A DNA stretch of 58,038 nucleotides, from IMG/VR virus record IMGVR_UViG_3300027892_002924, positions 1-58,038 of that record; one strand, written 5' to 3'. The notes beneath the pieces were generated by a model. The model searched no databases. It had not been told where the DNA came from and saw only the letters and a program-made list of their open reading frames with translations. The DNA is from a virus (Duplodnaviria > Caudoviricetes). Every line of letters starts with the position of its first letter. The first letter of the stretch is position 1. A program made the position numbers and the translations under genes. Shown here piece by piece: positions 34,991-44,221 of this stretch.

Positions 34991-36941
34991 CTGGCGGGCT
35001 TTTTAGATAATCAGCCACCTGTTGTCTTTCGGTGTCATTGAGATCGTCTGGATCATATTCTCCACGTTGTAGTTTTTCAACTAACAATTTTATATATGCC
35101 TGATCATAGGCATAACGATCGGTTTGTGCTTTGTCAGTTTCGATCCACTTCACACCATTCCATTTGTACAAACGGCTTGGCAGGTAGTCTACTCTCAGAA
35201 ACATATCGCCCTTTTTCTGATTCTTGGGAAACTCAGTACCAAAACTTGCCTGTGTGTCTGGTACTGGATCACTGTCGGGACGAACTGCCATTTCCGGAAA
35301 TAGTGTATTAAAGGCCTGCAGGTTATAGGACTTGTCCTGATATCTAACTGTGTTGTCGCGAGTTATCACTGGAGGCGAAAGCTCTTGTTCGAGAGGGCCA
35401 TCTACTGTGGCTTGAACGGTGTTTAGCGCATTCAGCTCTTGAATTTTATCATGCGCAAGTTGTATTGCTTCACGCAGGTCTTGTTCAAGTTGCGTGATCC
35501 ATTCTTGTTGTTGTGTGGCCTGTGTTTCAAGTTCAGTTACACGGCCACGTAGTATGTCTGTTTCTTCTTCACTTACAGTGAGCATGCTTTCGCTGGCATA
35601 TAGTCCGGTCACGGTCTGCTCTAGTTCTTCAGCAATTGATGCTCTTGCGGCATGAGCTTGATCAAGTTCTCGCTGTACACTGTCACGTTCGGCTGTAATA
35701 CCAATCAATGCCTCTATCAAATCGTCTCGTTCTTTTTCTACTGCTTTGATTTCCTGCGCCTGTGCCGCAATGGTATCAAGGTCAGGATCTTCTGATTCAA
35801 TTTCTGCTAACTTGGCATTTGCCTCTTCTACTGTGCGAGCATCTTGATCTGCATCTAGTCCACGTGCAATCAGCTGGCCACGCATGAAGAATTCTTCAAG
35901 TTCTTTTTGTTCCTGTGCTCTGCGCTGTTCTTCTAGTGCGCCCAGTATGTTGTCAAACACATCACATTCTTTGTTAGGACAGCATGGTCCAACGCCAGGA
36001 GCATCAATGATCTGCGTGTTGCATTTGGGACAGTGTGCAGGTTCTTCCACGACAGGCTCAGTAGGGGTGGCCTCAGCAGTGACTTTCTCAACTGTGGGTT
36101 CAGCGTCCTCTACCGCAGGAGTGACCACTGCTGGCTTTTCTTCTACAGGCCGATCTTCTTCATCATGTATCCAACCGCCTTTGCCTTGACGAGCCCATTC
36201 CAGTTGCTTGTTGGCGGCAAGAATAAGAGTGAGTGCCAGTGGGTCAAACACCACAACAATCAGGATGATCACCCAACGCACAGCGGCTTCCAGCATGTTC
36301 TGGCTGGCCGCATCTCCGTAGATTAGTGCCGCAATGTATTTGATTGGTCCTACTTCAGCTTCAATCTTGCGGAACTCTGCCCGTAGTGGTGCGGCCTCCG
36401 CACTAATGGCAGTGATAGTTTTCTGTTCGGCCTGGATCTCAGACTGAAGTCTGACACGTTCTTTTTGCTGTGAGCGACGGATTTGTACAGCCTTATCCGC
36501 ACCTTTTTCATCCGTGCTTCGACCCATAACCTGGTCCACTGCCTCATCCAGTTGTTTAAGCGCCCGACGGTTCGCATCAATATTGTCCTTGGAGATTTTG
36601 ATTTTTTCGTCGAAGATGGCAACCCGGGCCATGGCGTCACCTGACACTAGACTTTGGTCACCGTGGGCCTTTGCAAGGAAGCCATAGATGCCCATGCTGG
36701 TCAGTAGCATGAGGAATATGATAGCAGGAATGAGATATAGTTTGAATGCAATACCGACCCGACGCCAGTTGTTGTGAAGCCAAACTGTGGCAACAATTTT
36801 ACCAGCTTCCAGCGCACCACCCATGATCATCACAGGCACAACAGCAGCCGCAAAGATAGCAGTGAGACCCACAACTGAGTACCAGGCGGCAATTGCCGAA
36901 ATCATCACAGAGATGAGTAGGATGAAGTAGCCAAATATCAT
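34983..36941 (-). CDS. membrane protein with long coiled coils
   Basis: N-terminal TMs, EVGPIKYIA, VVFDPLA, CPKC..CC..C insert, C-terminal FG..FP..GDMFLRVDYLP. Confidence 0.8.
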   Translation of the reverse strand: MIFGYFILLISVMISAIAAWYSVVGLTAIFAAAVVPVMIMGGALEAGKIVATVWLHNNWRRVGIAFKLYLIPAIIFLMLLTSMGIYGFLAKAHGDQSLVSGDAMARVAIFDEKIKISKDNIDANRRALKQLDEAVDQVMGRSTDEKGADKAVQIRRSQQKERVRLQSEIQAEQKTITAISAEAAPLRAEFRKIEAEVGPIKYIAALIYGDAASQNMLEAAVRWVIILIVVVFDPLALTLILAANKQLEWARQGKGGWIHDEEDRPVEEKPAVVTPAVEDAEPTVEKVTAEATPTEPVVEEPAHCPKCNTQIIDAPGVGPCCPNKECDVFDNILGALEEQRRAQEQKELEEFFMRGQLIARGLDADQDARTVEEANAKLAEIESEDPDLDTIAAQAQEIKAVEKERDDLIEALIGITAERDSVQRELDQAHAARASIAEELEQTVTGLYASESMLTVSEEETDILRGRVTELETQATQQQEWITQLEQDLREAIQLAHDKIQELNALNTVQATVDGPLEQELSPPVITRDNTVRYQDKSYNLQAFNTLFPEMAVRPDSDPVPDTQASFGTEFPKNQKKGDMFLRVDYLPSRLYKWNGVKWIETDKAQTDRYAYDQAYIKLLVEKLQRGEYDPDDLNDTERQQVADYLKSPPDA

Positions 36942-37104
36942 AGTTTGTATTTACCTAGAAGTTTACTGTCTAAGTTTACTAGACTATTTGGAAAAATGCA
37001 AGAAGTTTGGTTGTCTAAGGTGTTGAGTTACGTTTGGCCAAAAACATATGGCTTATTCGCACAGCACTCCAAGTGCTGGTAGCAGTGCTACCAGTATTGG
37101 CATG

Positions 37105-37407
37105 TTAGAATCCTATTCCGCCTAGCTCAGCAATGCTAATATTGCCAGCTGTGCTGACCTGTATGAATGATATCTTGCTACTTGCATTTACCGCAAAAAA
37201 TTCTGTAGCACCTGCTGTCATCAGTGTGGCATTGGCTGTGTATGCAACATTAGCTAATGCTATCCAGGTATCTGCGGTTACCGCTAATCGTGCAATTGAA
37301 GCCGTGGCCGAAAGTGTTACATTTGCACTGTTTCCACTGGTCACGCTGTTGTATGTTTTAGCAGGTACTGTTACATGCGCACCTTTTCTAGTTGTGATTG
37401 TTGACAT
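37105..37407 (-). CDS. small Ala/Thr-rich beta protein, probably virion
   Basis: Composition; TAAATA upstream. Confidence 0.65.
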   Translation of the reverse strand: MSTITTRKGAHVTVPAKTYNSVTSGNSANVTLSATASIARLAVTADTWIALANVAYTANATLMTAGATEFFAVNASSKISFIQVSTAGNISIAELGGIGF

Positions 37408-37443
37408 AATTTGTCCTTTTATACTTATAGGGTATTTACCTGC

Positions 37444-38229
37444 TTAGCCAATAACATGTTGCCTGTTGTTTTGTAGTGTGCTGGTAGGAATCGCTGGCTC
37501 CGCAGGTGGAGGCAGTTCTTCCACCTCTGGTTCCGGAACTACTTCTACCACTGGTTCGGGCTCTGGTTCTGGCACTTTAGGTGCCCATAGATCTGCGGGC
37601 ATTTCGTGTATTGTAGGTGGCACCCAGTTTTCCGGCTTGGTCCAGATCCAGGATCCAGGATCAGTGTGTTTTCCAATACCATCAGTGATTGTGAGCAGTA
37701 CCCAGTCTTGGCCAAATGCTTCTCTGACCGCACGTTCCACGCCAGGATAATGCTTGTCGCAATCGTCGCCGCACAGGAACCCGCCTGGTTTTAGTTTTGG
37801 TGCCCAGGCCATGATGCTGTTGATCACGCTTTCGTACAAGTGATCGTCATCAATAGTTACCATGTCTAGGCTGTTGTCTTCAAACTGTGCGGCAGCATCA
37901 ACACTGTTGGATCTAATGATATTCATGTGCTCTGCTACCGGTGCAAGATTTCGCTTGAAATCATCAAACACTTTATCGTCACGGATTTCTCGTGCCACCT
38001 GACCATTTTGATAATAGCTTTCTAAACAGCCCTTCCAGTGATCCACTGCATGCAGTCGAAAAACTTTACCATGCTGGATCAGGGTAACTGCCAAGAATGC
38101 AGTACTGCGACCTTTCCAGCAGCCTACTTCGACAACCACACAGTGTGATGGTAGTTTTGGTACTAGGTGGGTATAGAGTGGTATTAGATAGTGACTCCAT
38201 CCATCTATGTGACTGTAAAAATGTTCCAT
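37444..38229 (-). CDS. class I SAM methyltransferase (Methyltransf_24-like)
   Basis: VEVGCWKGRS, AVDHW, IDDDH.Y, LKPGG.LCGDD. Confidence 0.85.
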   Translation of the reverse strand: MEHFYSHIDGWSHYLIPLYTHLVPKLPSHCVVVEVGCWKGRSTAFLAVTLIQHGKVFRLHAVDHWKGCLESYYQNGQVAREIRDDKVFDDFKRNLAPVAEHMNIIRSNSVDAAAQFEDNSLDMVTIDDDHLYESVINSIMAWAPKLKPGGFLCGDDCDKHYPGVERAVREAFGQDWVLLTITDGIGKHTDPGSWIWTKPENWVPPTIHEMPADLWAPKVPEPEPEPVVEVVPEPEVEELPPPAEPAIPTSTLQNNRQHVIG

Positions 38230-38233
38230 TGGT

Positions 38234-38551
38234 TTAATCTGTGGTGATTGTTTTCCACACTGTGCCATTGTAGAATTTCAGCGTGTGGCTGGCACTGTCG
38301 TAGTACACGGTGCCTTCGTCTGGGCCACTTGGAGCAGTGCCGGGTATCAGCTTCATGAATGTGCCAATGCTGGTGGATCCAGTCGTAACCAGGTTGCCGC
38401 CAGCATTGACATTTCCACGTATGCCGACACCACCCCATACTTGCACCACGCCGGTAGAAGTTGACGTACTTGCGGTGTTTGCAAACACCCCCAAGAATTC
38501 GTTAACGATCATTCCGCTCGTGTTTGGATAAGCATTTGCATTAATTGTCAT
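38234..38551 (-). CDS. tail-fibre-like small virion protein
   Basis: STSTSTG..GGVGI.G; EGTVYYD..LKFYNGTVW. Confidence 0.65.
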   Translation of the reverse strand: MTINANAYPNTSGMIVNEFLGVFANTASTSTSTGVVQVWGGVGIRGNVNAGGNLVTTGSTSIGTFMKLIPGTAPSGPDEGTVYYDSASHTLKFYNGTVWKTITTD

Positions 38552-38637
38552 ATTTTTCTGTTGTTTATAACGTATTTACCACCTGCATTTTGTGCAAAAA
38601 TGTTGCAAAAAAGCAACATTTTACCAGGTTAAAAAAC

Positions 38638-38682
38638 TGTTGCTAAAGTACTACTTTTTAGCCCTGCAAAATCAACAGGTTA
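38638..38682 (+). repeat. diverged fourth copy of upstream element
   Basis: TGTTGCTAAAGTACTAC-15nt-AATCAACAGGTTA. Confidence 0.65.
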
Positions 38683-38718
38683 GCGGGCACTAACCTAGCA
38701 AAATAGCCCTGAAAACGG

Positions 38719-38747
38719 TTGACCAAAAAGCCCATTTCGGCTATAAT
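38719..38747 (+). promoter_or_regulatory. sigma70-type early promoter
   Basis: AACGG-TTGACC-17-TATAAT; ATG 6 nt downstream. Confidence 0.85.
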
Positions 38748-38753
38748 AATAAC

Positions 38754-39080
38754 ATGAACTTAGAAAAGCCCACCCGCAAAAGACGCCAAGATACTAACCA
38801 TGCTGTGTACTGTATCACCAATACAGTGACAGGTGAGCAGTACATTGGTATTACCGTGTGTGCTGGTAACGTTCGCCGGGCGCTCAAAGTGCGCATCCAA
38901 AAACACGTTCGTCGTGCGGTAACAGAAAACAAAGATTGGAACTTGTGCAAGAGCATTCGTGAACACGGTACACTTGCACACACATACGGTCTTGTTGAAA
39001 TTGTGCGTGGACGCAAGCCTGCTCATGCACGTGAGCGTGAACTGATCCGTACTTACAACCCTGCACTGAACTCACACTAA
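38754..39080 (+). CDS. stand-alone GIY-YIG domain protein
   Basis: AVYCITN..EQYIG..R..H..ERELI..LN. Confidence 0.75.
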   Translation: MNLEKPTRKRRQDTNHAVYCITNTVTGEQYIGITVCAGNVRRALKVRIQKHVRRAVTENKDWNLCKSIREHGTLAHTYGLVEIVRGRKPAHARERELIRTYNPALNSH

Positions 39081-39089
39081 GGAGACATC

Positions 39090-39323
39090 ATGTTTGCAAT
39101 AGACACAAAAAAGATAGCCGAAAAGTTCACACGCCATGGCGGTGCATTTGATCGTGGCAGTGCAGACAGCTACTACCACCGCAGTCCTAGTCCGCATTTC
39201 TTTGCAGGCGACACCTATGCAAACTGGCCAATCGTGGCTGAGCTCGGTACCGCTGAATACGAAGCCTACATGGCAGGCTATGAATACAACGAAGCACACG
39301 GTGACAAAAAGGACTGGGGTTAA
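39090..39323 (+). CDS. conserved phage hypothetical protein
   Basis: RHGGAFDRGSADSYY..Y.AGY..GDKKDW. Confidence 0.8.
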   Translation: MFAIDTKKIAEKFTRHGGAFDRGSADSYYHRSPSPHFFAGDTYANWPIVAELGTAEYEAYMAGYEYNEAHGDKKDWG

Positions 39324-39324
39324 T

Positions 39325-39525
39325 ATGGCTTATACCGTTTTCAAACACAACCAAGAGTATGGCCCTCGCAAAGGGCTAGAAGGTCCGTTCCATTATGCCA
39401 ACGGACGAGTGCTCTACTACGATGCTCGGGCAGGTGAGTACTGGGATCCACGCACCGACTTCTATGTCGAGCGCGAGGAAGTTGACATGCTACATTGCAT
39501 GACCGTTGAACTACTGAAAGCCTAA
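39325..39525 (+). CDS. conserved phage hypothetical protein
   Basis: Start reset to MAYTVF; GLEGPF..G.VLYYD..GEYWD..TDFY. Confidence 0.75.
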   Translation: MAYTVFKHNQEYGPRKGLEGPFHYANGRVLYYDARAGEYWDPRTDFYVEREEVDMLHCMTVELLKA

Positions 39526-39526
39526 C

Positions 39527-39898
39527 ATGAAAGCATTCCTTGAAGTCACCGAGTGGCCGGACAAGTCTGTTGCAAACTGCAATCATGTGTACTGGATGGA
39601 TGACAGCAAAGACAAGATGTTTGCCTATGCAAAGTTTGGCAACCCTGCAGAAACTCAAACATTCAAAAACCCAATTCGCATTGACACCCGTGGTCGCAAG
39701 TTTGAAGAAGTGCGCAATATCTACAAATGGACAGTGTCGGGTGCGGTTATTACTGCAAACCCAACCTGGACTGTTACAGGCACCAAGGGCGATAAGTATA
39801 CAGTAGAGAAGGATGGCTCAGTGTACAACTGCACCTGCTCTGGTTTTAAGTTTCGCGGCGCATGCCGTCACATTGAGGAGATAGAAAATGGACATTGA
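39527..39898 (+). CDS. SWIM zinc-finger protein
   Basis: CTCSGFKFRGACRH. Confidence 0.8.
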   Translation: MKAFLEVTEWPDKSVANCNHVYWMDDSKDKMFAYAKFGNPAETQTFKNPIRIDTRGRKFEEVRNIYKWTVSGAVITANPTWTVTGTKGDKYTVEKDGSVYNCTCSGFKFRGACRHIEEIENGH

Positions 39899-40103
39899 AA
39901 TTCACGGGTTGTCACCTAAACAAATGGCACTGGCAGATATCATGTGGGACCTACAGGAACGTGAAAGTGTAGAGGCATTCATTGCTACCCTGCCGCCTGC
40001 GCAACAACAGGATTGTTGTACTATAATTGAACTCATGCAGTTGGCGTTCGCAGACGAGATCGAAGATACCACAGAAGCAAAAGAATTACTTGCACAGTTC
40101 TAA
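39888..40103 (+). CDS. hypothetical protein
   Basis: GAGGAG SD; last gene of operon. Confidence 0.7.
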   Translation: MDIEIHGLSPKQMALADIMWDLQERESVEAFIATLPPAQQQDCCTIIELMQLAFADEIEDTTEAKELLAQF

Positions 40104-40116
40104 ACTGTAACAAAAC

Positions 40117-40145
40117 AAAAAGCCCACTTTAAGTGGGCTTTTTTA
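40117..40145. terminator. bidirectional Rho-independent terminator
   Basis: AAAAAGCCCACTT-TAAGTGGGCTTTTTT between convergent genes. Confidence 0.9.
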
Positions 40146-40149
40146 TGAC

Positions 40150-40398
40150 CTAGTGTAGTGTGTCACTGCAATCGTCAGTTGCTACGGTATTGATATCCTT
40201 GATCCCTAGCAATTTTAATATCTTCTTGACCAATGGCGGAGGGTCAAGATAAAATTCATCCGGTGTAAACAGGTGTTTTAGTTCGCCGTCTGCACTGATA
40301 ATAAAACCGTAGTCTTGACTATCCAGTTCCATTTCTTCTACTACCAGCTCTTCCTCTTCTAGTTCAACTTCTGTAACAACCTGGGAATTTTTGCTCAT
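40150..40398 (-). CDS. acidic hypothetical protein
   Basis: MSKNSQ with GGAGG SD; DYGFII..DGELK. Confidence 0.7.
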   Translation of the reverse strand: MSKNSQVVTEVELEEEELVVEEMELDSQDYGFIISADGELKHLFTPDEFYLDPPPLVKKILKLLGIKDINTVATDDCSDTLH

Positions 40399-40429
40399 GT
40401 TCAACGGCCTCCAATCACCGTACAAGTAT

Positions 40430-40747
40430 TTATTTGAATAACATGAGTCCCATTAAAGAGCATTGAACAATAAAGCCTATGCCAATGGTTAATGTGTTAA
40501 GACGATCACGGAGCATCACTGCTTTGATGAACAGTAGGCCAAGTGCGCCCCAACAAAACATCACCATGTCTACAGGTGGCATCTTGTCTGTTAGCCCTGC
40601 CATCGCAGCCAACAGTGTTGGAATAATACTAAAGTGGATGAACATTGCAGCCATCCATCCTAGTGTTTCAGCACTGATTGTTACAACATGCTCTTTGATC
40701 CAAACTGTTACATCAGCTCGGACTGTGTCAAGTGTGATTTTTTTCAT
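40430..40747 (-). CDS. membrane protein (3 TM)
   Basis: Hydrophobic; coupled to hydrolase gene. Confidence 0.75.
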   Translation of the reverse strand: MKKITLDTVRADVTVWIKEHVVTISAETLGWMAAMFIHFSIIPTLLAAMAGLTDKMPPVDMVMFCWGALGLLFIKAVMLRDRLNTLTIGIGFIVQCSLMGLMLFK

Positions 40748-41337
40748 GAAGATCCTTTAGCAGAACGGTTGGAATAAAATATGTGACGACCAATCTTGGC
40801 AACTTTTTCTTTGCCCCAGCCTGGATTCACATAGTCAGCGTGATAATACATGGCTGTCTTCAATCCGTCAAGTCTAAAGTTTTCCAGTAGAACTTTTTTA
40901 GCCACGGCCATACTTTCGTTATAGGCAGCAGGATACATTGGCTTTATCTTACCGGGCTGTTCACAGTACCAGCTGAACTGGCAGATCACCCTTGAGTAAA
41001 TAACGCTTTTCTGATAGATCACGCCACAGATGTCGCTAGGAAAGTCACCGCTGTTGGCACGGTTGATTGTTACTTGTGCCACAGCAACTTTTCCTTCGAA
41101 GCTTTCATAACCTGCTTCGTAATAGATATTTTTAGCCAAGCATGCCAGCTGACGCTCGCGAGTGGCGGTTGTTACATAACTAATTTCGGTCATGTTATTT
41201 GCGTTGCGCAGATGTTGCATTTTTGCCTGGGTAACTTTAGTTACCATGATAATGCAAAAAATAAATGCTACGCTTCCGATTATTAATTTCGTTGCAATTG
41301 GAATATACTTTTTCCAAAGTTCATTGGTTAGAGTCAT
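40744..41337 (-). CDS. cell wall hydrolase, SleB/Hydrolase_2 family
   Basis: CLAKNIYYEA..GKVAVAQV..NR..CQFSW..YYHADYV.P.W..IGRHIFY. Confidence 0.92.
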   Translation of the reverse strand: MTLTNELWKKYIPIATKLIIGSVAFIFCIIMVTKVTQAKMQHLRNANNMTEISYVTTATRERQLACLAKNIYYEAGYESFEGKVAVAQVTINRANSGDFPSDICGVIYQKSVIYSRVICQFSWYCEQPGKIKPMYPAAYNESMAVAKKVLLENFRLDGLKTAMYYHADYVNPGWGKEKVAKIGRHIFYSNRSAKGSS

Positions 41338-41393
41338 TTTGTTTCTCCTTAGTTTCAGATGGTAGTGATATTTAAGAACACAGGATCATGTTA

Positions 41394-41422
41394 ATAGTAC
41401 ACTATAAGTCTGGCTGTGTCAA
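41394..41422 (-). promoter_or_regulatory. sigma70-type promoter
   Basis: TTGACA-17-TACTAT. Confidence 0.6.
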
Positions 41423-41500
41423 CTTAAATACGGCTTATGCTCATAATACAAGCCGTTAATGGCAATTATACTGGGTTATAACTGCCAATAAGTGTTATGT

Positions 41501-43399
41501 TTATGCCACGGGATAACCACGGCTCACATAATATTGATTGTTGTATCCATAAAGTTCTGCATTTCGAATCGCATCACTTTCAATTAATTGTTGAGCTCTT
41601 GCATCAGCAATCACATTTTCTCGTTGTTGGATCGTCAACGTTGTTTGCCCAGATTCAAATTGATATTTTTTTGCATTGGAAGCAACATCAGGAATTCCAA
41701 TATTTTTAGTACCAATTGTTTGAAGTATACTGTCATTTTGTCCTTGTATCAAGCAGGCCTTTACTGCTTCGCCATACCTGTCAGCAGTTGTCATGTCAAT
41801 CAACATATTTTTAATTCCAGAATTGTGATAGTCTACTCCAAAATTTGGAAAACTGATAATGGTTGTTATGATACTATTGTTTCCTGGCACAGTTGAGTAT
41901 ATGTCTAGTCCAGTTTTACTACAGTTAACGATTTCCAGTTCAATTTGATCAATACAGTTTGATATTGCAATGTTAGTTGACGCAATGTTTTGTTTATAGT
42001 CTGCAACAGCGGCCAGTGAATCAATTGCGGCTATCAACGCAGATTCTTCTGCTGTGGCACTTAGATCTGCGGCATACTTATCGTACACTGCATCGACAGC
42101 TGATATCAATGCCAATCCTTCAGTGGTTGACGAAAGTTTAGATGCAATCAATGCTATAGTGTCCAGAGAATCTAAATGCACATACCCCGACGGAGTTCCA
42201 ATTAATTCTTGTATTTTACACGAAGAAAAATCTCCCGTACCAGATGGCACCGAGTTTCGAATAACTGCTATATCAGCTGTTGGCACTGGTCTGGTTAGAT
42301 TTGCTAAATTGTCATGTTCAGGAACATTAATTTTTAGCAGGGCGTCGAACAATGCATCCGTTGTTGCATATGATATATTCAATGACAACAATTGTTGACC
42401 AAGTTGATACAATGTTCCGTAAGGAATTGCATCAACTGCATTGGCTGGCATAACTTTATTTGCTTTTAAGAAATCCCCGGCATTGGCAATACCCCTACCC
42501 CCACCCCCTACATTTGCTGCGTCTAATCCAGTAGCGGTAATTACCCTGTTAAGAAATCTTGGGTCTGTGACCTTGGTCAACAGATCAGTCAATACAGTTT
42601 GATTGGCCGTATCAATATTTGTAAGAGTAATTCCTTCGCTGAGTAATGCTTCAATGAAATCTGCATCTTTTGTGCCTTCACGCCCACTATATCTATTTGA
42701 CAGCAGACCTTGTGCATACAAACTTTTTATCAGTCCAGCCGGTGTTCCCAGCGTCGACAAGTCAAATAAATTATACAGTGTGCCAAGACGGCGCATTCCT
42801 TGGCTTAATGCACGAATACTGCGCTCAACATCCTTGGCATCAGTTGTTATGGTTCCGCCTGATCCAACTCCAGCACTATAAAGTCCACTGGCTCGTCTAT
42901 AATTTTCAGAATTTTTAGCCAATGGACCAAATTTGCTTGAAAGTCCACCTGTAGCTAAATCAATATGTTTCGTAACATCAGGGTTCACGCTGGAAAATGA
43001 TGCTCCATCATAAGAGTATACTGCTCCGAGCACATCACGTGACATTCGACAATCGGAATCAGCTCTTGACAAAATGCCAAGGTATCCATTTACGCCTCGT
43101 AGGAAAAACTGATTGGCTCTTGTGCGTATGCTTTCTGTAATGTCAACTGCTGTTATAGAAGCAGACAAACTGGTGTAAGTCACTGGTGCGACCCCGCAAA
43201 TTCCAGGCAATGTGGTTCTCATTGAATCAAGCACCAGCGATGCTACATTTGGATGCACCGCAACTCTTCGGAGTTTACCAGTGATTACTACTGTGTTTTG
43301 CATGTTGTTTAATTGTGCTACCAATCTTGTGCTCACACCTAGTCCGGTGTTTTGCAACAACCCACTGATAGCAATCAATTGAACAGCTGAATAACTCAT
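41501..43399 (-). CDS. putative baseplate/tail structural protein
   Basis: 632-aa ORF directly downstream of PAAR; function inferred from context only. Confidence 0.5.
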   Translation of the reverse strand: MSYSAVQLIAISGLLQNTGLGVSTRLVAQLNNMQNTVVITGKLRRVAVHPNVASLVLDSMRTTLPGICGVAPVTYTSLSASITAVDITESIRTRANQFFLRGVNGYLGILSRADSDCRMSRDVLGAVYSYDGASFSSVNPDVTKHIDLATGGLSSKFGPLAKNSENYRRASGLYSAGVGSGGTITTDAKDVERSIRALSQGMRRLGTLYNLFDLSTLGTPAGLIKSLYAQGLLSNRYSGREGTKDADFIEALLSEGITLTNIDTANQTVLTDLLTKVTDPRFLNRVITATGLDAANVGGGGRGIANAGDFLKANKVMPANAVDAIPYGTLYQLGQQLLSLNISYATTDALFDALLKINVPEHDNLANLTRPVPTADIAVIRNSVPSGTGDFSSCKIQELIGTPSGYVHLDSLDTIALIASKLSSTTEGLALISAVDAVYDKYAADLSATAEESALIAAIDSLAAVADYKQNIASTNIAISNCIDQIELEIVNCSKTGLDIYSTVPGNNSIITTIISFPNFGVDYHNSGIKNMLIDMTTADRYGEAVKACLIQGQNDSILQTIGTKNIGIPDVASNAKKYQFESGQTTLTIQQRENVIADARAQQLIESDAIRNAELYGYNNQYYVSRGYPVA

Positions 43400-43400
43400 G

Positions 43401-43661
43401 TTAGTTTATAATCACATTAGGACTGCCTGTTGCTGGGTGGCCACATGTGGCGTTATCCCCGGCTCGACTGGCAGGTATACCATTTACAATAACGTTGGGA
43501 CTGCCTTCTGCCATCTTTGGTGCGGCATGCGGCGGCAGGTCATGTCCTTGCACCGCATCACCAATTCGTGCTTGAGGAGTACCATTTGTGATCACATTAG
43601 GTGATCCAGCAACAATGGTGCCGCCTGCTGTGTCTTGTCCTTGTCGTGCGGCGCCTGGCAT
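43401..43661 (-). CDS. PAAR spike-tip protein
   Basis: GAARQG, PQARIGD, PASRAGD..CGH, GSPNV repeats. Confidence 0.92.
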   Translation of the reverse strand: MPGAARQGQDTAGGTIVAGSPNVITNGTPQARIGDAVQGHDLPPHAAPKMAEGSPNVIVNGIPASRAGDNATCGHPATGSPNVIIN

Positions 43662-43662
43662 A

Positions 43663-43974
43663 TTAAATCACCAGTCCTGCAGGCGCTGTTGCAATACCTG
43701 TTGTTGTTTGGAGATAGTAGTCTTTTATTTCTTTTACCACCATGGCATGCATCAGCACATGAGTAGCACTGAGATGAACATCTTTGCTCAACTCAGCAGT
43801 GAACAAACTCTGCATCATGCCTATGCCTTTCGGACTAGGAACCACTGTGCAAGGCTTGCTTACTACATATTCCATCGGTGTGACTTCTACAATTTTGGCC
43901 ACACATTCATCACCGTTGACCAATTTGAAGGCAACGATATCACCGGCTGTATAGGCTGTTTTTGAAATTAACAT
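43663..43974 (-). CDS. conserved phage protein (Sm-like)
   Basis: FKLVNGDE.VA..YLQTTTGI. Confidence 0.7.
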   Translation of the reverse strand: MLISKTAYTAGDIVAFKLVNGDECVAKIVEVTPMEYVVSKPCTVVPSPKGIGMMQSLFTAELSKDVHLSATHVLMHAMVVKEIKDYYLQTTTGIATAPAGLVI

Positions 43975-43975
43975 T

Positions 43976-44221
43976 TTATCCTCTTAGGGTTTCAAAAAAT
44001 TCAGCTGGCTGTTTTGCCAAGCCTTGGTAACCACCCTCGACCAGTAGTTTACCGTCTTTGTATAATTGTGGCACTGTACGGTGCCCTTCTGCTAGAACAA
44101 AATCTTTTGCAGATGCATCTTCGTCAATCTTGATTTCAGTGTAGTCAACACCTTTGAGTTTTAGTAGGTTTTTGGCCTGTACGCAGAATGGGCAATTATT
44201 TTTCGAATATACTGTGATCAT
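43976..44221 (-). CDS. glutaredoxin
   Basis: CPFC, RTVPQ, GGY. Confidence 0.95.
   Translation of the reverse strand: MITVYSKNNCPFCVQAKNLLKLKGVDYTEIKIDEDASAKDFVLAEGHRTVPQLYKDGKLLVEGGYQGLAKQPAEFFETLRG

Noticed and set aside
38754-39080. Mobile homing endonuclease
   Set aside because: Only a 108-aa catalytic-like domain, with no DNA-binding extension and no interrupted host gene
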